The translations under genes and the position numbers were made by a program. Below are positions 50,064 to 58,194 of a stretch of DNA of 64,000 bases, in pieces (positions within the stretch are counted from its first letter, which is position 1; each line of letters starts with the position of its first letter). The DNA is taken from positions 45,031-109,030 of the forward strand of contig NZ_JAGDWX010000018.1 of the NCBI RefSeq assembly GCF_023256195.1, given 5' to 3'. The notes beneath the pieces were generated by a model that was not told the DNA's origin, made no database searches, and saw only the letters and a program-made list of their open reading frames with translations. The stretch is from Acidithiobacillus sp. Its GTDB lineage: Bacteria > Pseudomonadota > Gammaproteobacteria > Acidithiobacillales > Acidithiobacillaceae.

Positions 50064-50657
50064 TCAGGGTTTGGCCGGGCCAATGATGGGAAAGGCGCGA
50101 TGGCGACTGGAACCACCCCAGAAGTAGGAAATGCCGCCCGTAACCTGCAGATCGTTCAGTAGACCGTTGTGCGGCACGGGGTTGTCGAAGAGCATCTGAT
50201 CCTGGACGTCCAGACGTAAACCGAAATGATCTCCCAGCAGGTGCTGATAGCCGACCCCGAAGATGGCCACGGGATTGGTCACACGCCCGGCCTGGGTGCC
50301 GAAGACATTGCTGGAGGCGCCGATACCCAGAGAGAGATAGGGGGTATTGGGGCCGTTCAGGGCGTAGAGATTGCCGATGACCGCGCCGCTGTACTGCTTG
50401 GCGCTTTGACCGGCAGGCTTTTGCAATTGGGCAAAGGCTGAGGCAATCTGAGCCTCGATGCCGAGGTGGGCATCCACCCTCTGGCCAACGCGCAGACCCA
50501 CCACCGGAGCGTGGTCGTTACCGCCGAGGCCGCTGCCCGAGTCGAGGAAGGTATTGCCACCGAAAAGATCCACGTACGCCCGATCGGCGGCGCTGGCCAA
50601 CACCGGCACCGACAGGAAACACAGGGCGGCAACCCCAAGGCGCAAGGACTTCCACAC
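50064..50657 (-). CDS. Small outer-membrane beta-barrel protein (OMP_b-brl/OmpW-like)
   Basis: Signal peptide LGVAALCFLSVPVLASA followed by alternating amphipathic beta strands. GTG 50657 with a GGGAG RBS is preferred; the track start is 50681. Confidence 0.7.
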   Translation of the reverse strand: MWKSLRLGVAALCFLSVPVLASAADRAYVDLFGGNTFLDSGSGLGGNDHAPVVGLRVGQRVDAHLGIEAQIASAFAQLQKPAGQSAKQYSGAVIGNLYALNGPNTPYLSLGIGASSNVFGTQAGRVTNPVAIFGVGYQHLLGDHFGLRLDVQDQMLFDNPVPHNGLLNDLQVTGGISYFWGGSSRHRAFPIIGPAKP

Positions 50658-50773
50658 GACCGTCACTCCCGAAACAGCCACGATGACTGAAAACTGGTAT
50701 CATTCTAACGCCGCTTAGATAAAAATACCACACTCTCACGACCTTTTTGACAGAAATCCAACAAGGAGATTCC

Positions 50774-51718
50774 ATGCCCACAATCGTCTGCGGTTCTCTG
50801 GCCTTTGACACCATCATGGTCTTTCCGGACCGCTTCAAGGCGCACATCCTGCCGGACCAGGTGCACATGCTCAATGTGTCCTTCACCGTACCCGAGATGC
50901 GCAAGGACTTTGGTGGTTGTGCGGGCAACATCGCCTACAACCTCAAGCTTCTGGGGGGAGAACCTCTCATCGTCGGCACCGCCGGGCAGGATTTCGGACC
51001 CTACGCCGAGCACCTGAACGCGCTGGGCATCGACACCACACACATCCGTATTTTGCCCGAGCAGTACACGGCTCAGGCCTTCATCACCACCGACCTGGAC
51101 GACAACCAGATCACCGCCTTCCACCCCGGTGCCATGTTCTCCTCTCAAGAGAATCGTCTGGCCGGTCGGATTCCTGCCGGCAGCCGCTGGGGTATCGTCG
51201 CACCCGACGGTCTGACTGCCATGGTCCAGCATCTGAGCGATCTGGTAGAGGCCGGCGTGCACACCATCTTTGACCCCGGTCAGGGTCTTCCCCTGTTCGA
51301 TAGCGATACCTTGCGCACCCTTATCGACAAGGCGGACTACCTGACCGTCAACAGCTATGAGTGCCAGATGGTCCTGCAGCGCACCGGCTGGGACATGGAC
51401 ACCCTACGCGGCAAGCTCAAGGCTCTGGTGGTCACCGCCGGCGAGGAAGGCTCTACCATCCACACCCAGGGGCAGAGCCTTGCCATCCCGGCGGCCAAGG
51501 TGCAGCAGGTGGTTGACCCCACCGGCTGTGGCGACGCCTATCGGGCCGGGCTGCTCTACGGTCTTGAGCGTGGCTGGGATTGGCCCACCTGTGGCCGGGT
51601 GGCTTCTCTCATGGGCGCCTGCAAGATCGAGTGCGCAGGCACCCAAAACCACCACTTCGATCCGAGCGACTTTCGTAGGCGCTACCGCGAAAGTTTCGGC
51701 AGCGACCTACCCCTCTGA
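50774..51718 (+). CDS. PfkB-family kinase (adenosine-kinase-like)
   Basis: 314 aa from ATG 50774 with an AAGGAG RBS. PfkB signature DPTGCGDAYRAGLLYG and GGCAGNIAYNL. Confidence 0.85.
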   Translation: MPTIVCGSLAFDTIMVFPDRFKAHILPDQVHMLNVSFTVPEMRKDFGGCAGNIAYNLKLLGGEPLIVGTAGQDFGPYAEHLNALGIDTTHIRILPEQYTAQAFITTDLDDNQITAFHPGAMFSSQENRLAGRIPAGSRWGIVAPDGLTAMVQHLSDLVEAGVHTIFDPGQGLPLFDSDTLRTLIDKADYLTVNSYECQMVLQRTGWDMDTLRGKLKALVVTAGEEGSTIHTQGQSLAIPAAKVQQVVDPTGCGDAYRAGLLYGLERGWDWPTCGRVASLMGACKIECAGTQNHHFDPSDFRRRYRESFGSDLPL

Positions 51719-52126
51719 GGTGGTATCCGGCGGGCCCGAATGGGTGGGAAGGTCCTCTGCCTCCCAGACGTGGTAGCCGCCACTGAGGTTGTAGACCTCC
51801 AAAAAGCCCATGTCCCTCAGGGTGCGTGCTGCCAACAGAGAGCGGGTTCCGCTGTCGCAGTAGAGCAGGACGCGCCGGCTGTGGGCGCGGGCGAGCTCCG
51901 GATGGCTGCGCAGATAGTTGGGATCGGCCAGCGCCTCCAGGTGGTCGCGCGGCGCGTGGACGGCACCCGGCAGGCGTCCCGCCTCGTAGTCCCGTGCCTG
52001 CCGCACGTCGACGATAAGGACGTCGTCGCCCATCTCCAGCCATCCCTGCACGGTCTCGCAGTCTACTTCGGGCACTTCGGCGCGGGCGGCGTGGATAAAA
52101 TCGGCCAGACTTTTCTTGGCGGTCAT
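51707..52126 (-). CDS. Single-domain rhodanese sulfurtransferase
   Basis: 139 aa. Active-site loop YCDSGTRS. The 3' end overlaps the convergent kinase gene by 12 nt. Confidence 0.85.
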   Translation of the reverse strand: MTAKKSLADFIHAARAEVPEVDCETVQGWLEMGDDVLIVDVRQARDYEAGRLPGAVHAPRDHLEALADPNYLRSHPELARAHSRRVLLYCDSGTRSLLAARTLRDMGFLEVYNLSGGYHVWEAEDLPTHSGPPDTTSEG

Positions 52127-52166
52127 GATTCACCTCTTGGGATCTGCGCGGTGGCCGGGCACGCCC

Positions 52167-52550
52167 TCAACGACGCCAATACGCTGCCAGCAGCAAGGCT
52201 TCGGGAACCAGGGTCTTGATGGCGGCCGGAATCTCCAGGGTCAGACCCGGTCGCGGTCGGATACTGACCCAGAGCAGGTTGGTGCGAAAATTGAAGTCGG
52301 CAAAGACGACCCAAGCCCCGTAGTGTTGGAGAACGGCATTGACAATACGCAGGGTGTTGCGCTGCTGGCTGCCCGATTTATCCCGCAGTCCGGGAATGAT
52401 CATACGGAAGTCCGCCAGGCATCGGCCCTCTGCATCGCGGCTGGGCACCCGCCGCCAGAGGGGCTCGTCTGGCAGCATGGGGACCCCGCCGGATCCTTGC
52501 AAACCGAAGGAACCACAGCGCTGGGCAATGGACTTGGCGGTCGGCTTCAT
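52167..52550 (-). CDS. Hypothetical protein (127 aa)
   Basis: ATG 52550 with a GGGAGG RBS. Coding-like composition. Family not recognised. Confidence 0.5.
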   Translation of the reverse strand: MKPTAKSIAQRCGSFGLQGSGGVPMLPDEPLWRRVPSRDAEGRCLADFRMIIPGLRDKSGSQQRNTLRIVNAVLQHYGAWVVFADFNFRTNLLWVSIRPRPGLTLEIPAAIKTLVPEALLLAAYWRR

Positions 52551-52610
52551 GGTCTGTACCTCCCTGCGGACCATACCCAGTCTGCCGGCCCACAACGCCC
52601 CGTGCAAGCC

Positions 52611-53132
52611 TCAGCCGGCGCGGCTCGCGTCGGCGCTGATGATGCGGCGGGCCTCGGCGGCATCGGCCCAGTCCTTGAGCTTCACCCACTTGCCAGGCTC
52701 GAGATCCTTATAATGCTCAAAGAAGTGCCGGACCCGATCGCGCAGGTCCGCGGGCAGATCCTGCACGTCCCGTATGTGTTCGTAGCCGGCAGCAAGCTTG
52801 CCGTGGGGCACCGCGACGATTTTGGCATCGACACCACTCTCGTCCTCCATCAGCAGCACCGCCACCGGGCGGGCCCGCAGGACGACGCCGGGAGCCACGG
52901 CCTGCGGCGCCAGCACCAGCACATCCGTAGGGTCACCGTCGTCCGAGAGGGTGTTGGGGATGAAGCCGTAGTTCAAGGGATAGTGCATGGAGGTGAAGAG
53001 AAAACGGTCGACGAAGACCGCTCCGGAGGCCTTGTCCACCTCGTATTTGATGCTGGAACCCTGCGGAATCTCGATGACGACGTGAATATCGTCGGGCAGG
53101 GCACGGCCGGCGGAGATGTGTTTGAGGTCCAT
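52611..53132 (-). CDS. ppa: Inorganic pyrophosphatase (family I)
   Basis: 173 aa. [10 protein letters not shown] and DAKIVAV motifs. Confidence 0.95.
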   Translation of the reverse strand: MDLKHISAGRALPDDIHVVIEIPQGSSIKYEVDKASGAVFVDRFLFTSMHYPLNYGFIPNTLSDDGDPTDVLVLAPQAVAPGVVLRARPVAVLLMEDESGVDAKIVAVPHGKLAAGYEHIRDVQDLPADLRDRVRHFFEHYKDLEPGKWVKLKDWADAAEARRIISADASRAG

Positions 53133-53165
53133 GGGTTTCGCTCCTTTGGTGGCGAGTTGAGAAGA

Positions 53166-53966
53166 CTAGGGGCATCCGAGGCGAGGCTCGGGCACCGCGG
53201 CGGAAAGACGATGGGCGGCAAAACTGCGTCGTACTCGCTCCAGATCCTCGGCGGTATCGACGCCGGCGACGGGCGCCTGCTGCGCTCGATGCACGAGGAT
53301 GCTGTAGCCGTGTTCGAGAATGCGCAGTTGTTCCAGGGCTTCCAGTTCTTCCAGGGCCGTGGGCGGCCACGCGGCGTAGGTCTGCAGGAAAGCATGACGA
53401 TAGGCGTAGAGCCCGAGATGACGCCAATGACTCCCCGGCGAGGGCATGGCGGCAGATGCGGGCGGGAAGTCCTCCCGACGCCAGGGAATGGGCGCCCGGG
53501 AAAAATACAGGGCGCGACCATCCTCCGCCAGCGCCACCTTGACCGCATGCGGGTCGAGGAGCTCCGCCGCCGTCCGGATGGGGACAGCTACCGTCGCAAC
53601 GGGCACCGAGGCGGGGGCCAGGATCTCCGCCACGGCACGGATGAGTGCGGGGTCCATACCGGGCTCATCCCCCTGCAAGTTGACGACGATTTCGTCGTCC
53701 GCGAGCCCCAACCGGCGCGCCGCCTCTGCCAGGCGCTCGCTGCCGCAGCGGTGCGCCGTCGAGGTCAACAGGGCCTCGCCACCGAAATCACGGATCCGCT
53801 CGACGATCTGCGGGTCGTCCGCGGCGACCACCACCCGTTCTGCACCGCTTTCCAGGCCCCGGCGGCGCACCTGCTCGATCATGGGCAGGCCGGCGACATC
53901 CAGCAGGACCTTGCCGGGCAGCCGGGTCGAGCCCAGCCGCGCTGGGATCAGGACGGTGAAGTTCAC
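53166..53966 (-). CDS. kdsB: CMP-KDO synthetase
   Basis: 266 aa. The GTG start overlaps the ycaR stop as GTGA. IPARLGSTRLPGK motif. Confidence 0.93.
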   Translation of the reverse strand: MNFTVLIPARLGSTRLPGKVLLDVAGLPMIEQVRRRGLESGAERVVVAADDPQIVERIRDFGGEALLTSTAHRCGSERLAEAARRLGLADDEIVVNLQGDEPGMDPALIRAVAEILAPASVPVATVAVPIRTAAELLDPHAVKVALAEDGRALYFSRAPIPWRREDFPPASAAMPSPGSHWRHLGLYAYRHAFLQTYAAWPPTALEELEALEQLRILEHGYSILVHRAQQAPVAGVDTAEDLERVRRSFAAHRLSAAVPEPRLGCP

Positions 53967-54148
53967 GGCGGTGGCAATCCGTCGAAGGGCTGGGCTTCGT
54001 CCAAAAGCAGGACGGGGATATCGTCGAGGATGGGAAACAGCAGACGGCAGCGCTCACAACACAGGGCTTCCCGCTGCCGACAGGGCCGGAGCGTCCCCTT
54101 GCACTGAGGACAGGCCAGCAGATCCAGCAAGCGGCGATCGATGCTCAT
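53963..54148 (-). CDS. ycaR: Trm112/YcaR-family zinc-ribbon protein (UPF0434)
   Basis: 61 aa. LACPQCKG...CERCRLLFPILDDIPVLL. Conserved lpxK-ycaR-kdsB position. Confidence 0.8.
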   Translation of the reverse strand: MSIDRRLLDLLACPQCKGTLRPCRQREALCCERCRLLFPILDDIPVLLLDEAQPFDGLPPP

Positions 54149-54164
54149 GAGACTCTCCCGAAAA

Positions 54165-55145
54165 TCAGGACCGTGCCATTATGGCCGAGTGCAACCACTC
54201 CCAGAAGGCCGGCTCTGGCTCGGCCTCCGTCTGTAGCACCCAGTCGTCGGGCCCAGCGAATCCCCCGCATTTTACGGCATCCTTGGCGGTCATGACGAGG
54301 GGCCGCGGAATGTCCTCCAGATCCTTCGGGCGGAAAGCGTGGTGATCGGCAAAGGCGTACAGCTCGGCTTCTACACCCAGGTTGTTCAGGGTGTCCAAAA
54401 AGCGCTCCGGACGGGCGATGCCGGTGACGGCACTGAAGCGCTGTCCGCACCACTGCCGCGGATCGACCCGCTGTTCGGGGTCTCCCAACCGATGGGCGCC
54501 CACCACCTGCAGACGGTATCGAAACTGGGGGACGGAGGGCGACAGAGGCAGATGGCCTACCCGGTCGTCCAGCAGAACGGCGTCCGCCTGCTCCGCGGCG
54601 CAGATGGGCTCGCGCAAGGGTCCGGCCGGCAGACAGCGACCATTGCCCAAAGGCCTCGTCCCCGCGAACACCAGCAGCCGCAGGTCTGGCTTGAGGGCCA
54701 GGTGCTGAAAGCCATCGTCCAGAAGCGCCCAGCGAAAACCGGCGGCGGCGGCGGCGGCGATGCCGGCGTGCCGCCGCGGACTGAGATAGACGGGCAGCGT
54801 CTGTGCCAGCAGCAGCGGCTCATCGCCCGCCCGTGCCGGGCTGTCATCGGCAGGCACGCGATAGGGCAGCGTGGGCGGATGGGCGCCGTGCCCACGGCTG
54901 ACCACGGCCACCGCCACACCCCAGCCCTGCAGACGATGGCCGATGGCCAGCGTCAACGGTGTCTTGCCGTTGCCGCCCACCGTCAGATTGCCGACCACCA
55001 GACTGGGCAGCGCCCCTGCACGGCCGCGCCTATGGCGACGGCGCCAGCCCGCCAGGGCACAGGTCAGAGTCCCCAAAGGCCGTAGAGCCTCAGCCAGAGG
55101 CCCGCCCGCATACCACTCCCGCTCCAGGCGCTGAACGAGCCCCAC
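54165..55145 (-). CDS. lpxK: Tetraacyldisaccharide 4'-kinase
   Basis: 326 aa, GTG start. P-loop VVGNLTVGGNGKTP. Confidence 0.9.
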   Translation of the reverse strand: MGLVQRLEREWYAGGPLAEALRPLGTLTCALAGWRRRHRRGRAGALPSLVVGNLTVGGNGKTPLTLAIGHRLQGWGVAVAVVSRGHGAHPPTLPYRVPADDSPARAGDEPLLLAQTLPVYLSPRRHAGIAAAAAAGFRWALLDDGFQHLALKPDLRLLVFAGTRPLGNGRCLPAGPLREPICAAEQADAVLLDDRVGHLPLSPSVPQFRYRLQVVGAHRLGDPEQRVDPRQWCGQRFSAVTGIARPERFLDTLNNLGVEAELYAFADHHAFRPKDLEDIPRPLVMTAKDAVKCGGFAGPDDWVLQTEAEPEPAFWEWLHSAIMARS

Positions 55146-55148
55146 GGC

Positions 55149-56312
55149 TTACCAGTCGAAGACCCGTTGCAGCAGTTCCGGCAGGCGCTCCCCGGCATCC
55201 CGCCGGACCTGCCAGAAAAGTCGCCGCAGGGCGTCGCCGCGCTCACGCGCCTGGTGGGCGTCTTGCCACATGGCCATCCAGTGGGCGAGCACGCCGGCGC
55301 GATCTGCCGGGCGCGCCAGCACCGAGGTGAGGTCCGTCGTTGTCGGCAGTTCGAGTTCCAGGGTCGGCGCCACAGAGCAGGGGCGGCCACCGGCGAAGAG
55401 CTGCCAGGTCAGAGCCGGGCTGAGCTCCTCGGCGTGAATGGCGGTGGCCGCCGCCGCCAGCGCCGGGCGCCAACGTGGAGAATCCACCCACAAAATGCTG
55501 CCAGGCGCGAGAGGGCTACGATCCCAGTCCGACAGGGTCGGCAGAGACCCGAGGCTCGCGCGACTCTCGAGAAAAAGCAGGGCCTCGCGGTGCTGCGGCC
55601 AGGACTGCCAAGCCTCCATCCAGGCAGGCAGATCCCGCGCCTCGACACCCGTCACCCAGAACAGCGCCTCGCTGCGGGAACCCAGCGCGAGGCTGCGAAA
55701 ATTGGGTTCCACCTGGGCGATGGTGATGAGGCTTGCGAAATCCACCGGTTCCTGCAGCCTGGCTCCATCCAGACCCTGCGCCTGCCAGCGCTGCCACTGA
55801 CCGCGACTGCGCGGATAGACGGCTTCCCAGGGAGCTGCACCGGCCGATGCGGGGTGGGCTGCTTCCGGCTCGCTGGCCACCGCCAGGGCCGATACCCCGG
55901 ATCGACTCAGTTGCCGCCGCCAGCCAGGGCGGACCCTGCCACCAACGGTCATGGCCCGCAAAGGACGCAGACGCTCTATACTGCGACGCAGCGCTGCGGG
56001 ATGATCACAGGGACCGAAGCCAAGGCCAAGGCGGGGGATACCGGCGGCCATCTGCGCGAGATTTTCTGGCTCCTTCTCAAAGGTCAAGGCCACCCGCAGA
56101 TCGCGGCGTTTGTCGGTGATGGCCCGTACCAGTTCCAGGGCAAGCTGCAACTCTTCGGCATCGGCATAGGTCTGCAGCCAAAGCACGGGTCCGCGCTCCC
56201 CCGGCGGGCGCAGGAAACCCCAGCGACCGTTGGCCTGCGCCGTGCGGCCGGCGCGCGCATCCCGCCAGGTGCTCCAACGTGCGCGCCAGAAATTGCCTCC
56301 GTAATAACTCAT
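55149..56312 (-). CDS. Divergent Kdo-transferase-like protein (WaaA/KdtA-like)
   Basis: 387 aa from ATG 56312. Collinear by eye with KdtA (GRWGF...VLWLQTYADAEELQLALELVRAI vs RWGERYGF...IMLHSVSVGETLAAIPLVRAL). The C-terminal GGSL..GGHN.LE region is replaced by AEELSPALTWQL. Confidence 0.55.
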   Translation of the reverse strand: MSYYGGNFWRARWSTWRDARAGRTAQANGRWGFLRPPGERGPVLWLQTYADAEELQLALELVRAITDKRRDLRVALTFEKEPENLAQMAAGIPRLGLGFGPCDHPAALRRSIERLRPLRAMTVGGRVRPGWRRQLSRSGVSALAVASEPEAAHPASAGAAPWEAVYPRSRGQWQRWQAQGLDGARLQEPVDFASLITIAQVEPNFRSLALGSRSEALFWVTGVEARDLPAWMEAWQSWPQHREALLFLESRASLGSLPTLSDWDRSPLAPGSILWVDSPRWRPALAAAATAIHAEELSPALTWQLFAGGRPCSVAPTLELELPTTTDLTSVLARPADRAGVLAHWMAMWQDAHQARERGDALRRLFWQVRRDAGERLPELLQRVFDW

Positions 56313-56314
56313 GC

Positions 56315-57028
56315 TCACTCCCGTGGCTCGGCCTGGACTTGGATCGAGCCGATATCGGTGTCGGGATGCCGCCCAACCAAGCCATCGGCGCGTTGCCGCA
56401 TGCTGCGCATGGTGTCCTCCAATTGCCTGGCCATTTGGCTGAGGGTCTCGGGAGACTGATCTCTGGCCACCCACAGGGGCTCTCCCCAGAGGGCTACGGC
56501 GCGACTGCCGGGACGCGGCAGGAGGAAACGATCCCAGCTGCCAAACTCCCAGGCCCAGCGAGCCGAGAAGGTTACGGGCACCAGTGGCAGGCCCGACAGA
56601 CGCGCCAACTCCACCACCCCCTCCTGAAGCACCTCCCGCGGCCCACGGGGACCATCGGGGGTAATGGCCAGATCAAAGCCCTCCCGCGCCGCCCGCAACA
56701 TACCCTTGGCGCCCCGCACAGCGCCCTGGCGCGAAGACCCGCGCACCGCAGCAAAGCCCCAGTGCGCCATGGCCCGGGCGATCAGTTCACCATCCCGATG
56801 ATCGCTGATGAGAATCTTCACCCGACGACCGCCGACCCTGCGATACAGACGCGGCAACATGGCCAAACGTCCGTGCCAGAACACCAGAATGAAGGGTTGA
56901 CCTCGGGCAATCAGCGCTCGTACACCGGCATCGCCCAGTTCACACCAGCGCAGACTGCGGCCGATGATACCGAGCAGCAGGGCCGCCAGCCACGCGGCGA
57001 GCCCCAGGGACCGACCAGACAGACGCAT
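56315..57028 (-). CDS. DUF374 / lysophospholipid-acyltransferase-like protein
   Basis: 237 aa. FWHGR...ISDHRDGELIA...RGSS...ITPDGPRGP...LPLVPV pattern typical of DUF374, a family often next to or fused with kdtA. Confidence 0.75.
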   Translation of the reverse strand: MRLSGRSLGLAAWLAALLLGIIGRSLRWCELGDAGVRALIARGQPFILVFWHGRLAMLPRLYRRVGGRRVKILISDHRDGELIARAMAHWGFAAVRGSSRQGAVRGAKGMLRAAREGFDLAITPDGPRGPREVLQEGVVELARLSGLPLVPVTFSARWAWEFGSWDRFLLPRPGSRAVALWGEPLWVARDQSPETLSQMARQLEDTMRSMRQRADGLVGRHPDTDIGSIQVQAEPRE

Positions 57029-57086
57029 CAGACAAGCGCGGCGGGAACGGAGCGGAGTGGGGCGCCGATCCCTAACGCCGCTGGCA

Positions 57087-57494
57087 TCAGTGGCTGCTGC
57101 TCAAGGTGGCGAAACTGATGCGCGTCAGTCCCGCTTCCTGGGCTGCATCCAGCACGTCCACGACATACTGTTGCGTCGCGTTGCGGTCGGCGCGCAGTAC
57201 GATCACCCGCTCCGGATCCTTGGCCGCCAGGGCCTTGAGGCGGGTTGCCAATTCCGCCATGGACAGTTGCCGGTGGTCGATGCTCACCGCACCACTAGCC
57301 GCCAGATCGATGACGATGGGAGTCTTGGGCTCACCGGCTGCGGCCTGCTGTGCCTTGGGCAATTGCATGGACAAGTGCGACTGATGCACGAAACTCGTGG
57401 TCACCATGAAAAAGAGGAGCAGCACGAGGACGATGTCCACCATGGAGATGACATTGATCTCCGGCTCTTCCAGAGTCGGTCGTCGAAAGTTCAC
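57087..57494 (-). CDS. exbD: ExbD/TolR-family biopolymer transport protein
   Basis: 135 aa. A single N-terminal TM segment (ISMVDIVLVLLLFFMV) and a periplasmic ExbD domain. Confidence 0.88.
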   Translation of the reverse strand: MNFRRPTLEEPEINVISMVDIVLVLLLFFMVTTSFVHQSHLSMQLPKAQQAAAGEPKTPIVIDLAASGAVSIDHRQLSMAELATRLKALAAKDPERVIVLRADRNATQQYVVDVLDAAQEAGLTRISFATLSSSH

Positions 57495-58108
57495 GCCTTG
57501 CCTCCACCCAACAGGTTGACGAGTTTCAGTGCTTCCTTCTCCGTTGCCAGCACCAGGGTTTCCACCCGCCCGCGGAAGTAGCGATAGAAGAGCAGGCTGG
57601 GAATGGCCACACTCAGGCCACCGGCGGTGGTGATGAGGGCTTCGGCGATCCCACCGGCCAGGGCCTTGGGGTCACCCATACCGACCATGCCGATGGCCGC
57701 AAAGGCGTGCATGATGCCGATCACCGTACCCAGGAGTCCCAGCAGCGGCGCCACGCCAGCGATGCTGCCGAGAAAATTCAGGTAGCGATCCAGGTGCGCC
57801 ATCTCCTGCCGTCCTGCCTCCTCCACCATCTCCTTGATGACTTCCCGCGGCTGTCCCGCCTGTTGCAGGGCAGTCAGAAGGATTCGAGCCAGGGGCGTAT
57901 CGTTCTCGTACAGGATCTTCACCGCCTGCTGCACCTTGCCTGCCTCCACCAGTTCGCCGGTTCGCTCCACCAGGCCCCGCGGCGCGATGCGGGCCCGGCG
58001 CAGTACCCAGAGACGGTTGCCGGCTATGGCCAGGGCGATGACCGCAGCCAGCAGGAGGATGGGCAGGACGAATCCCCCCAGACGAAACAGTTCCCACAAA
58101 TCTTGCAC
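57491..58108 (-). CDS. exbB: MotA/TolQ/ExbB-family proton channel
   Basis: 205 aa, three TM segments. LGLLGTVIGIMHAF and GGIAEALITTAGGL motifs. ATGA overlap with exbD. Confidence 0.88.
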   Translation of the reverse strand: MQDLWELFRLGGFVLPILLLAAVIALAIAGNRLWVLRRARIAPRGLVERTGELVEAGKVQQAVKILYENDTPLARILLTALQQAGQPREVIKEMVEEAGRQEMAHLDRYLNFLGSIAGVAPLLGLLGTVIGIMHAFAAIGMVGMGDPKALAGGIAEALITTAGGLSVAIPSLLFYRYFRGRVETLVLATEKEALKLVNLLGGGKA

Positions 58109-58194
58109 GCAAGGCCCCCGGGCAAATTCTCAGACAGCGAGGAATATAGCAACATTCCCAGAGGCCTGCGAGGCAGGGCGAGAGTGGCTTCGGC

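Noticed and set aside
52116-54107. 663-aa ORF on the plus strand
   Set aside because: It is antisense to the hypothetical ORF, ppa, kdsB and ycaR. It is a shadow ORF with an Arg/Gly-rich product.
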